From the NCBI GenBank assembly GCA_018398765.1, contig JAHBMJ010000088.1, positions 1 through 56,465 on the forward strand: DNA of 56,465 nt. Reading direction: 5' to 3'. The position numbers and the translations under genes are program-made. The number at the start of each line of letters is the position of its first letter. The stretch's first letter is position 1. The notes under the pieces were generated by a model. It had not been told where the DNA came from and searched no databases. It saw only the letters and a program-made list of their open reading frames with translations. This document shows, piece by piece, positions 10,956-23,715 of this stretch. The DNA is from Chromera velia. Taxonomy: Eukaryota.

Positions 10956-13900
10956 CTATTTGTTTGGGCTCTCCCCCCCTCTCCCTCCTGGCGTCCCTCC
11001 CTCATAGTTGAGGAGTGTCGACGCCAGGAGGTACTTCCGATTCCGCAGGTCTTCGTGGAGACCCCGGAGAGCCTGAAACACGAACGAGCACACCGCGCCA
11101 AACAAACGCCAAACGACCGCCACATGGTAGCAAAACTTGAACGCCACCACCGACAACAGTTCCCTCATTTCGGGTCTGCACACTCTCAGCCGAGTGGACA
11201 CCAACGCAGAGTCGGCGCACGTCACTCCTTCAATCACCCCCCTGATCAATGCCCTCCCGACCCACATCGATTCTGCACCCCGTGCAATCGCCCCCAAGGA
11301 CCATCCCGCAGAGTCCCCCACCGGTTGCAGATACCGCCCCACACCTGTCCACGTTCCCAAACGCACAAACCCGATCTCCGCCCAATGCCACAAGACCTCA
11401 GTCAAGGGAACCTCAGCAGAGTCGCACACGAGGGGAATGACGAGTACTTGGAACAGACAGGCAGCGCAGAAGGGAATCAGCAGCTGAACGAGAAGAAATC
11501 GCATCAACGGAGACACGAACTCTCGGTAAACCAGAGCGCGCAAATGAGGCGACAGGAGACCCGCAGCCGCATACTCTGTCAGCAGCTGCAATTAACAGCA
11601 GAAGACCAGAAAAGCATCATGTGTCTTAGTACTTACACGTGAAAAGCGGAGAGACGAATGTCAAAAAGACGGATTGCGGGTATCTGACGCATTCACAGGA
11701 AATACACGTTCAGCTCTGCGTATGCCCCTGAAAGTTTTCTTCTCAGTTTCGTGTCCCTTGACGGTGTCGTCAGTTTAGCCTTTGAACTTCTTTCTCGTCA
11801 ATGACCAGAAGTCTCGGAGACTCTAGTCCGAAATAAAAAGAGTCTTCTCATCATGCCACCGTCAGGGAACACATTCATTTAAAATTCACACTGCACGTAA
11901 AACCTGAGGTCACAGATGACAATTAAGCGAACACAAGTAAACCCCTCAGACCGATACCACCCCACACGCATCCATCCAACCCCCCACGCAGACTCGCTCG
12001 ATCGACTTCCCTCCCTCCCTCCCATCCACAAATGAATGAATGAATGAATGAAGCCACTTGCGTGCCCCAAAGCTGCAAGCCTGTCAGATGCACTCACTAG
12101 CTCATTCTACTGTCCTTGCTCGTATCTTCCTATCTGACCCATATGCAAAACAAAAGAAACACATACAGCTAGGGAAAGGACACGCAAAGAAACCAACTGA
12201 CTCACCTCGTCGATGTGGTGCCGACTCTGCGCCGCCGCAGCCCCAGGCAAAACGCCCAGCTGGAGGAGTCTGAACAGGATTTTCAGGCAAACCAGTCCCG
12301 TGCCCCAGTGGTGCACTGCAGGGATCCCGAAGCCCAACTGGCCCCACACGGGGATGGTCCCAGCGCCGGGACCCTCGTCTGCTGCCCCCACCACACTTGC
12401 CGGGGCCCCTTCTCCCTGTGAGTACCCGAGTGCATACGCCACTACACGTGCGGCGGCGCCTATCGAGAGGCTTGAGGGAAGGTTGGGTGTGTGTCTGAAG
12501 GGTTGGATGAAAACCCCCGTGACCAGGCACCCAAACAGAATCGGAAGACAAACGGCACACACAATTGTTAAAGGAAGCAAGTAGATCACCTGAAGCGCGA
12601 GATGCGCGCCGATACACACGCGTTCCCAAAAAACGCGCCACCGCCAGCGCAACCACTGCGCAGCCTCTCCCCCTCCCCTCCCCCCCTCTCCATTGCGCCC
12701 CGCCGCCCTCTGTCGCGCCGCCTCCCTATTCCTTCTGCCAATCAACTCGGCAACCCACAGAACTCCCGCACATGCCGTCAAACCGACAGACAGCGGAATA
12801 AAATCATGCGCAGATTCTTCACTGTCTCCCGACTGACTGGCCAAAAGACGTCCCAAGATATCCATCCTAGAAGACCCCTTCAATGGCTCCTTCTGAAGAC
12901 CAAGCAACCTGTAAACCAATCCCCTCACCACCACGCGACCCACGGCCAGGGGAAGCCCAAGCACTACTGCATTCGCAGCTACGGCCCCTGCAAACGCCAT
13001 CACCACGAACACCAACACCCTACCGTACACGTCCCAAAATTCGGGAACAAAACTCCAAGACGGAACCTGACAGGACCTGCTTTCTCTTTCTCCCTCCGCC
13101 CGCTGATCATGCGAAGAGGACGCAGAAGAGAAGGACGACTCGGGAGAAAGGGGCGATGAATCTCCACATCTTTCCCCAGATCCCGGCTGCAAGAGGGAGA
13201 CAGTCTCACAGTCCTCAAGTTGCTCTCTTCCTCGATCAGCCTGCTTAGGAGCTCTCCCTCTTGTCTCTCTGCGGTCCCTTTCGGAATGTGACGCAGACGC
13301 AGAAGCAGAGGAAGAAGACACAGAAAGACACCGATCTACGTCTCCCCGCAAGTCCAATCTCATCTTTTCCCTCCCACCCTCTTCTGTCGATAACGCGGGG
13401 GGGTGCAAAGGAACACTCGGCATGTCGGCAGGAAGGGGAAGGCTCTTGGCTGGCGGCCTCTCTGCGGACAGAGGCGCCTCAGGCGGTGACAAGGCACTGA
13501 GAGGAAAGGGCGGCACCCTCCCAGCAGCCTCAGCCTGAGCCTGTGCAGGAGGAGGCTGTTGGTGTTCATGAAGAAAAATCGGGGGTCGCCTGGGAGTGAT
13601 CAGAGCTTCCATTCTCGTCTGCAGACCCGTCTGGGGGGGGTCTGAGGAGGAACTGGAAGACGACAGGCCCACATCTGCTAGTCCAATGGACGCAAGACGA
13701 GATGACAAGGTCGCAAATCGGGAAGACAGCACACGGGGAGGGGTGGGGGTTTGTGTTTGGTTGGGGTTGTTCAGAGAAGAAGCGTTGAGAAGGCTCGGAT
13801 GATGAGGGTGTGAGTGCAGGTCTGCAGTAGCTCTTGCAGCGGAAAGGTGCTGTTGCTGTGGGGTTGTTCGTCCTGGGGTGTTTCGTGAGCTTTGACTCTG

Positions 13901-16900
13901 CTGTTGTGATTGTCGGATCATGGGTTGCTGATTCTGTTTGTGCATCGGTCGGGAAGGGGCTGAAGAGGAAGAGGAAGACGACGAGCTGGAACTTGAAGAC
14001 GATGAAGAGGAGGAGGAAGAGGAAGAGGGAGGATCTTCAAAAGAGGCTTCCCCTCTTTCCCTCTCTCTTTCCGTGCTTGGAGGGGGGGTCCTCGGACTTC
14101 TTTCGTCTCCTCTCTCAGTATCTTTCTCCTCCTCTTCGTCCTCTTCTCCTTCTGCCTGGTTCGGGGGGGCGGCCATGCTGTCGCTCGGCCCCCCATCTGC
14201 TGCTGTTGAGTGATGCCCCTCTCCCCCCTCCTCCTGCCGCCCCCCCTTTTTCTGCTGCTGTCCTTCAGAACTCTCCCCCCGATTTTCGTTCTCAACACCA
14301 TCAGTGTGATCGGTCCGGCTCACTGCAGTTGCAGTCTGAGTCGGTCTGCTTCCGTTCGTTTCTTCCTGGTTGTTCTGTGCTGTGTTGCTGTTGCCACCAT
14401 AACCGTTGCTGTTGTTGCCGCTGCTCCGCCCTCTGAGGAGCGCCTTCAGGCCCAGCAACATCAAGACACCCCGCATGGCATTCATCAGCAACCTGCATGC
14501 ATGCGCGTAAAGGACATGCAGACGGACAGGCGATTGTGACTTCCATTGTCTTCTCTTTCCTCTCTTTCTCTTGTCCTGTGTGTGAGACTGGCAGGTCTAT
14601 GGGCAGGTAGGCAGGCAGGCAGTCACATGAGGAATGGTGGGCGGGCATGCAGAAAGAACCAGGGGAAGGCGGAGGGAGAAAGAACATTCATTCCTTTTGA
14701 AGAAAAAGGGAGCGTCTCAGTCTCTGTCAAAGCTTTACCTAACACAGACACAGGCAGAACGAGAAAGCAAACCACAAACAAACCTGGCTGCTACTTAACG
14801 TGCTGAGCAAGCTTCAATGATGACTGACAGACTCACTGACTGACATTGCCGTGTATTTAGAAGCCCTCATCGATCTCAGCAGAGCCGGCAGGAGGATGTG
14901 CACGGAGAAGAACTCGAGAGGAAACGAGATTTGAGACTCAAACGCCGCCACACCTCCACCCCCTCCAGGGGATGCCCTTCCCCCTCCCCCTCCCGACAGG
15001 TATCTGCTCTTCCCCTTGCTGCCGTTTTTGGTCTGCTGACTTTGCTGCTGCTGCTGCTGCTGGTGGTGAGAATTCCCATGTCGTCTGCCATTGCTGCTGC
15101 TCCCCTGCTTGCTCTCAGACTGCTTGCCTCCTCCTTCGTCTTTCGTGTTCCCACTGTTCCCACCAGAGGAACCTTCGAATCCTGCGGTGGCGCCGGATTT
15201 CTTCTTGCCAGCAGGAAAGGGAGCCTGCTGCTGTTCATCTCCCTTCCCTTTAGGACCTTCAGGCTGCTCTCCTGCCGTCTCCCCAGCAGCTACCCTCGAC
15301 CCGACAGCCTTGCAGACCCCCGACAGGAGGACTACCTGGGGCTTTAGGGGATCTGGGCACACATCCCCCCTCTGGCTCCTTTCGATGGTGTTGGAGCTGG
15401 AGAGAGAGAGGGCCCACAGGGGAAGGGGGACAGGGGAAAAGGACGGATCCGAACTAGCAATGAGGGCAGAAGGGGCGTACACAGACGGGGACAATCCTAG
15501 GGAGGAAGCAAGCTTCCGAGTCCCCTCCGCAATCGCGGCAGCCGACGAGGCCGCAACCGCCTCTTGCACAAAAGTTGCCCCCCCCCGAGCAGACGACTGA
15601 GCGACTGTTGCTGCGACTGAAGCAGAAGCCGGCGAGGCCGCTCTCCCTGCCGTAACGAATATTCGGATCGGCAAAAGGGACGGGAAGAGGGTGCGGAGTA
15701 GGAGTGGGGGGAAGTAGAAGACCAAACAGATGGAGATCGTGTGGATCAGCAGAAGGTGCAGGAGTATCTGCATGATCCGATGCGCGCACAGAACAGAATT
15801 CAAGAGAGGAGGGGCTGAAGTGAAACAAAAAAGAGAAAGAAGATGAAGAAACGACACATCGTATGCATGCATGTATGCAAAGGATGAAAGGGCAAATCTG
15901 CGAGCAAAGTTACAGACAGGGAGAGCGGAACAACAAGAAAGCACTCATCTGAAGAATTTATGCCAAGAGAAGGAAAACAACCGGAAAGCAGACTGCATGA
16001 GGTGGAGAACCCCGAAAGAAAAATCAACACGGAAGAAAAGAATCCATAAAGGGAGTCGAAAGCAGCAACTGCGGAGACCAGCAACGAGAGAAAGCACGGG
16101 GAGAGGGCTGGCAAGCCGACGAGAGGGTATGACTTTCCAACGGAGCGATCTGTATCTCCCTGCGTCCCTGATTCCCTTCCACGAATGAATTCTCTCCTCT
16201 CCTTTTTGTTTGCAAACAAGCGGATCAATCTATCACACCAACCAACCAATGACCCAACCGACCCACCCTCATGAGAAGCTGCACAGAGGTTTCTCCAGCA
16301 AATAGAGGGGGCACTGCGGCCTCTCCGTCTCCCTCGTCGAAGAACCTATCTTCCCCCCCACCTTCTCCCCCTCCGACCAGTCCTTCCTCCCCAGCTCGCT
16401 CCTCGTCTCCTCGTTCCAACCCCCCCTGCGCTACTCCCTGCTGCAAGCGCTCCTCTTCCTCCTCCCTGTCGTCCTCGTCTTCATCCTCCCCCTCCCCCCC
16501 TGCCCCCGGAATGGGAGCAGAGGAAAATAGAAATCGGTGCACAAACATCGTCTGCAGCCAAAAGGGGCCCCTCCTCGTTGCCGCCCTCGCCTCAGCAGAC
16601 AGCACCGACACAAGACAACTCTCGATGAACGTCACGATGCACAGGTAAGAGTACCCGAGGCACATCTGCATGCATTCGCAACCCATATGTATGTACTCTG
16701 TATTGTAGGCAGGCTGTATGTATGTATGTATGTATGTATGTATGTCATTTATTTCGCTGCCGCATTTGAAGAGACGAAGAGCCTATCCAGCAATCTGCCT
16801 CTTTCAATCTGCCCACTTCAGCAGGAAAATGAAAAAAAGAAATAAATAATACCACACACGGAAGAAGGAAGACAGAAAGTCCAGAAAGAAAGCACCCTGC

Positions 16901-17157
16901 ACGGACCCTGAGCAGCAAGCCGAAGATGGTGTTGTTGTCCAGAAGAGACGCACGGAGCGACTGAGGGATCCCGAAGGCAACCTCACAGGCACACCAGCAG
17001 ATCAAGTTCCCCAAATAAAGAGGAAGCCCTGCATGCATATATGCATGTATTTGCAAGTGTTTATTTAAATGCATGCAAGTGTGAACATTCAGAAGTTGCA
17101 ACATTCAGAGAAGGAAGGGGAGGCGGGCTCTTCAACTTCACATTCACAGATTGGCGC

Positions 17158-17194
<37 letters not shown>

Positions 17195-17198
17195 AACG

Positions 17199-17246
<48 letters not shown>

Positions 17247-17266
17247 AACGCACACACACACAATAA

Positions 17267-17302
<36 letters not shown>

Positions 17303-18043
17303 AACGCACACACATGCCCCTCCCCCAACCCCCCATGCATCCATCCACCCACCGATGGAGACTGCTGCAGTGATGAGGGCGTTCTTCAGTTCCGCCAGGA
17401 GGACGCTCACGAGTGCTGTGGCCTCGTTGAGAAGGAAGAAGACCAGCTGCAGGTATCCATGTAGAAGAGAGACAGTGAAGAGAAGAGAAACGTGTAGCAG
17501 GTCTCGGCACAGGATCAATCAACAAGCGCCATGAACAACACTGCTCTTTTCCCAGGACAGGCAGACGACGGAACTGGTGTGAGACAGCACAACAAAAGAA
17601 CCGAGCAGTGTCTCAAGAAGCGACAGAAACAGGATGCATCCATACAGCGCTGACGCCACACACGTGGAAGGAAGGAGGGAACGTTCACATCTTGCACGGA
17701 CGTCAGTCAACAAACCTCTCCCCCACTCTCGAACGAAAGAAACAAACAAGCAAAGAAAGAAATAAAAAGGCCATGCAGAATTGCGGCCAACTCACCAGAA
17801 TGCCGACATTCAGTGGCTGCCACTGGGCCGCGGGGGTGTAGAAGAGCAGGGAAGCCGCTATCAGCACAGCAACGGCCGCAGCAGTGGCGGAGGCGAACAG
17901 CATCAACCACCTGCACACACCCTCCCTCGTGCATGGATAGAGACGCAAACAAGTTGAACAAGACGCACACAGGAAGAGAGACAAAGTGTACGGAGAAGGG
18001 TGCAACAAGCACGGGAAAGAAGGTGTATCAACTCTTTCATCAA

Positions 18044-18080
<37 letters not shown>

Positions 18081-21000
18081 GGGAGGGGACAGGCGCAACC
18101 TAATTCGAGAATCACTACGGCTATCCATTTTCGTCCACAAAAAGAACTCTTTACAAAAGACCCTCTCGTCCGTCTTGAAAAATCAAACCATCGCCCGACC
18201 CTCCACTGCCAAAACAAAACAAAACAAAACACAAAAGAATCATCACATCCACGCCAAAAAGAACATAAGGAAAGAACGTCGACCATGCAATCCACTTCTC
18301 TCCCCCCAACCAACCAACCGACCCGATCGCGACCAGCACGGCATCTGTCCCTCCCACCTCCCCGGCCGGGGGCGCGTGCACGGACACGATCACGGACCCG
18401 TCCTGCTTCAGGGCAACAGAGTATCCGAGAGTGAACCCCACACCCTTTGCAGCTACAGACCCTATCTGCAACAGCGTCGCTGTGGAGGCCGAGCGACCCC
18501 GAAAGCCTGTGTTCGCATCCCGTTCCCTTTCCTTCTCTCTTTCTCTCTTCTGCTCAGTCGACTCCTCACCCCCTGCCGTTCCCTCTCCTGTCTCTCCCCC
18601 TGTCGTCGCTTCAGTCGACGAAGCAGAAGGGGAGGAAGAAACGGATCCTGATGATGTCTCCTTCTCCCTCCTTGGATCTGCTTCCCCCTCGTCTCCTTCA
18701 AGGGGCGAAGAAGAACGAGAGCGGCCCGATGGAAGCACAGCCTCACACTGCTGAAGGGACTGCTGGGGGGGGAGCTCGGAGGGCCCCTCAGACACTGGGC
18801 AGAGAGACGGAAAAGAGGCAGGGCAGAGATCACCTCTCTCGGGGGGCTCCTCTCTTACCTCACTGCTGCTGCTGCTGCTGCTGCAGAACTTCTCCCCCTC
18901 TTCCATGGCGCTCAATTCCTTCCCCTTGAGGAGAGAGAGCGCATTCCCCCCTTCCGATTCACTCTCCTCGCTCAGGTGGCCTCTGGTCCTCTCATCCCAT
19001 TCAACAACAACGTCATCGGGAGAGACGGAAGCCGCTTCTTCTTTCTGGCTCTGCTGACTGAAAGAGGGGACAACAAACCGTCGTCTTTCGTCCTCCAGTC
19101 TGCGTGCCTGTTTGACAATCTTCTGGTGGAACAGGCTTCTAATGTCATCTAGTTGGACTACCACCTGGTGGGAGTGGCGTCTGTGCACTGCCCTCTTGAA
19201 GGCTGACTGCCGTCTCTGAAGGGAGGACACTGACGGAACATTCTTCTTACGACTTCTTCTTGCGCTCTTTTCTGCTGCCCCCTTTTCGACCGTCTCTGTG
19301 CCAGTCTGCCCAGACTTCTGCGGGCCGGCAATCATCCTCCAACCTCCTGCCAAAATCGAAGTCAGCGAAGGAAAATTCAAAAGACGAAGCCACGAAGGTC
19401 GAACAGACTTCATCCAAAACAACTTTCCTCTTCTGTATTCTTTTGCAATGGTTGCACGGACGTGATCTGACAGAAGCCCATGAAGGGAATAGCGCGGAGG
19501 CAGCTCACGGAGACGAGACAACAACTCGGCAAAGGTCAAAACCTCCACCTCTAAGTCGGTGTCGTTCTCTCCCTCCTCATCTTCCATTTCTTCATCATTA
19601 AAAGAATCCAAACTTTCTTTCTCTCCTTCCTTTGCAAGGTGGGAACTGTCTGTAGAATTAGGAGAAGAAAGCTCTTCCCCTTCTATTTCGTTGGGGGACC
19701 CCAGGGATTCATCCCCCCGCTTCCCCCTTTCTGTTCCAAGAAACCCCTTCTCTCTCTTGCCAGGCTCCCCCTCCTCATCCCCATGCACCCCCTTCTCATC
19801 GGATCCTGGGGGCCCCGTCGGAGACTCCGAATGCGTGCGCTCTCTGTTGCGCATCTCTTCGACACTCAGGGGAGGGCACATCAGAGAGTACAGCGCAGGA
19901 GGACGTGCGCACTTCGGGGGTGGAGCTGTGTGTCTAAAATCAGATGGGTAGGTAGGAGCTGGAGTTTCCTGCACCTCCACGTACCCAGACTGCAAAGAAA
20001 AGACTCCACACCAGACGATAGACACACCAGCAGACGCCCCCCCACCGGTCTCCCTGGAAGAAGAAGAAGAGGAGGAGGAGGGACCCCATGCAGGGTGGTG
20101 GGAATCGGGTAGAGAGACGGGGGGGGTGTCACCCCCCCCCCTGGAAGAAGAAGAAGAAGAAAGGGGAGCTTTGGATGACAATGCCGCCGCTGCAGTGGGA
20201 AGGCCCGGAGTACGAGGAGCCCCTCCGTTTGTCTCGAAAGCTCTGCCTCGCTGCTGCGTCTCTCCATTCTCCTCTTCCTCCTCTTCCTCACCCTTCCTGC
20301 TGCCCTCCGGCGTTTCAACAACGCCACCCACGGGGGAAGAGAAGGCAGAAACTGAAGAGGAAGAGGACATCACACCAGAACCCCCCCCTCCACTCACCTC
20401 TCCCCTCCCGCTCCCACTGCCCCCCGTCCATCTCTCAGGGAAGGAGACGACCTCCAAAGGGTGGACGTACAGAGGATGGAAGAGGCCCTGTACTGCCCTC
20501 AGTGCGGCAGGAAGGAAAATGAGAAAGGGAGGCCGCACAAAGGCCATGAAAGTGGAAAAGAAAGCGGCGGATGCCTTGACTGAAGGAATAGGAGGGAGCT
20601 GGGAGAGCAAACCCCAGATCCGATTCTGCTTCTCAGAAAACGCAAACGAAAAGAAAGAAGAAGAAGAGGAAGAAGAAGAAGCGTCCCCCTCCTCTTGTAT
20701 TGGGACATCCCTCACTTTCCTTTCTTCATCCCTTTGATCGCGTGCCTCTCCCCTCTCTCCCCATGCTTCCCATTCCTCATCATCTGCTCTCATCCTCCTC
20801 CCCCCCTCTCTTCCCTCTCCATTCCCTCGCGACGTCTCATTCGACCCCGACCGGGGGGCAAAACTTCCAAAAACAGAATCAGCAGAATCAGAGGATGAAG
20901 GCTTTCCTCCACGATTTGACGACGAAGAATCCAGCAACAAACCGTCAGCAAGAGACTCACTCTCACTGTCTGAAAACGAGCTGAACGGTGATGAAGTCTC

Positions 21001-23125
21001 TAAACTCTCTGTGTCCCCAAATCCGTTGAGGGGAAACAAAAACGTCTGTTCTTCCTCGTCTACGGGACACATGTCAACTGGGGAGACGAATTCCTCCCGA
21101 GAGGTAAACTTAGCCTGGGGAGACACAGAAAAGCCTCCCCCCACGCCATCACCAGCCTCCCCCCTGACGGCGGGCTCATTCCCCCCCTCATCTGAACGCT
21201 TCCGTTCCCGTTGTCGCTTTTGCCTTCTCTGTCTCTGCCGTCCACCCCGATCCCGATCCCCCCCCTGACGCAAGTGACGCACATGAACGCCCGGAGAAGT
21301 CCGGTTACCCCCTCTGAGCGATCGCACTTCTGCTTGTTGACCGCTTGCGGCGTCGCCATCAGCGGGAAAGCGACGGTCGGGTACCCGTCTCCACCGGGCG
21401 CCGCCGCGCTTCTCCTTCTCCGTATTCGACTGTACCTCGCCCTTCTGCAGCGAATCTTTGGAAGAGGCGGCAGAAGGGAGGCGCTGGAGGTCCTCGAGGT
21501 GCGTGTCGACAATAATGTCAAGGAACGCTTTGGGGCGCACGGGCGGGGTAGCGCCGCTACTGGCTCCGTCTTCTCCGGGAGCGCCGCCTCGTGCTGCTGA
21601 CGACCCACGCTCAAACGACGGTGCTTCCCGAGCAGAATCTCTCGAGGAGGAGAGGGAAAGGACACGATTCTGCAAGCAAGAAGAAGGAGAGAAAAAAGGA
21701 TCGACAGAAAGGCAGAAAGAAATTCATGCAACAAGCGTGCCCCTTGGGGGCTCCCTGCGTACTACGACGTGCATCTTGAACGCACCGCGCGTGTGGCTGG
21801 CTGCCTTTTTTCCCCTCGACATTCCGGTCCCCCCCCGTTGCTCTTCTCTAGCTCTCTTGTTGCTTTCTGAATTTATTCGATGCGTTCGCATTTGATCCCC
21901 TCCTCTTTTCTTGAATAGACACATACAGGGGAGTGCACGTAGCGACCGCATTTTTTTTTTTTTTCGTTTTCAAATTCACGGCAGGAATGCAAGCATGGGT
22001 AGGCATGCATGCTTGCAGTCAAACAGGCGTGAATGTGCAGGCAGTCAGATGCGTTTCAGTATTAATGCACATCCTCTAGCGGTATTCGGACGGACAGACG
22101 GACCTTCCTCATCTCTCCCAAGGGAATAAAATCCGCAGTGTCGGCCTCAGTCGCTGCCCACACAGTCATCTCAAGCAGGCGATGATGCTGGTGTCTCGGG
22201 GACCGCCGTCTCCCTATCCTCTTGGAGACGGACAGAGAATTCGCTTCAGACTGTCCCCCCTTTCCCCTCATCTCACTCACTCCCGCGTCCTCTTGCTCAA
22301 CCTCATGCCCTGTACTCTCGGCTCCCCACCCCTCAACAGGATCCCCCGTTCCTCCTCCTCCTTTCTCTCCTCCCCAAGAAGAAGAAATCAAAGAAGCCCA
22401 CCGAGACCAAAAACCTCCTTCCGAGTCCTCAAACTCATGCCATGATGCCCTTCTCAACTTCACCCGAGGTTCGTCCGTTTCTTCCTCCAGCTCTTCTTCT
22501 CCATCACCAACGTTGTTCCCCTTCCCCCCCTCTTCCTCCTCCTCACTCCCAGACAAGGACCAGCCGCCTCCTGAGGCATCCAGAAGATCCCCTCGCTGAC
22601 TGCTGAAGGGAAAGTCCATATCCATGTCCTCATCATCAGGAGAGACGTGCATAGAGGCACCCCACAGAGGAGATCTCGGGAGTTCTTCCAAGGTCAGGTG
22701 AAGGAGAGACGCCGCCCGGATCTCGGAGCTCTTCAAAAGAGCCTGCAGCCATCCAGCCATCCATGCATCCATCCATCCATCAATCAACAAGAGAGAGGAC
22801 GCGCGGACCGGCCATCACAAAGACATCAAAGGAAAGGAATATGCACACATGCACTTTGCACAAAGACATGGATAATCACACACACACCACACACACGCAT
22901 GCACAAGGGTCTTTGGAGGAGGCATGGGCTCTTGTCTGCAGGCCCCTCCCAGCCAGTCTCTCCCTCTCTCTATCTGCTTCCATTGGCATTCCTAAGCATT
23001 CCACGACCACACGGCGGGGGATGACTCCCTGAGTGAAGTGACTGGAATGTGTGGTGGCACACGCCAGACGCCACACGCCACAGACTACTCTGATCGACTT
23101 GCAGAGGCAACTGTGCATCTACTGA

Positions 23126-23162
<37 letters not shown>

Positions 23163-23662
23163 GAGAGAGAGAGAGGAACACAAGGTTTCCTCCCTCACAG
23201 GCTGATCGACTGACTGGTGTGATGGCTCGTTGAAGGACCGTCACGGCTCCCCACTGTCCAACAAAGAATGGCATCACCAAGAGCATCAACAGAGCAGCAA
23301 CGTTCGCGTACAGCAACATCAGCTGCAAAAAGAGAGGAGAGAAAGGGGGAAGAATGAAACAAGAAAAGGAAGAGAAGACGGGCAGAACGGAACCAAATGG
23401 AGTTTCGAGATTTCTTCAAACGAAAGGCACAATCTCCTTCTTCTTCCCCTTCGCACCCCCCTTTTCGGTCTCTTGTCTCGTCTTTGTGCACCTTCACGTC
23501 CCGTCTCTTCTCCCAGTCTCCTGCTCTCTCTCTGCGCGCGTAGTCTCTCTCTACCCTCCTCATCTCTCCACACACTCCTTATTTTGTAAGTCAGGTTGCT
23601 TGCATATATCGATAATTCAACAGAAAGAACAAAAACAGTTGCAAGCGGGCACGTCCGCAGGC

Positions 23663-23715
<53 letters not shown>

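Noticed and set aside
17061..17534. Cys/Val- or His/Thr-rich ORFs (also 55858-56464)
   Set aside because: Translations of (CA)n/(TG)n microsatellites.
18151..21675. Stand-alone 1174-aa gene
   Set aside because: Bounded by phase-compatible splice sites and lies between conserved MARCH6 segments, so it is treated as exon 7.
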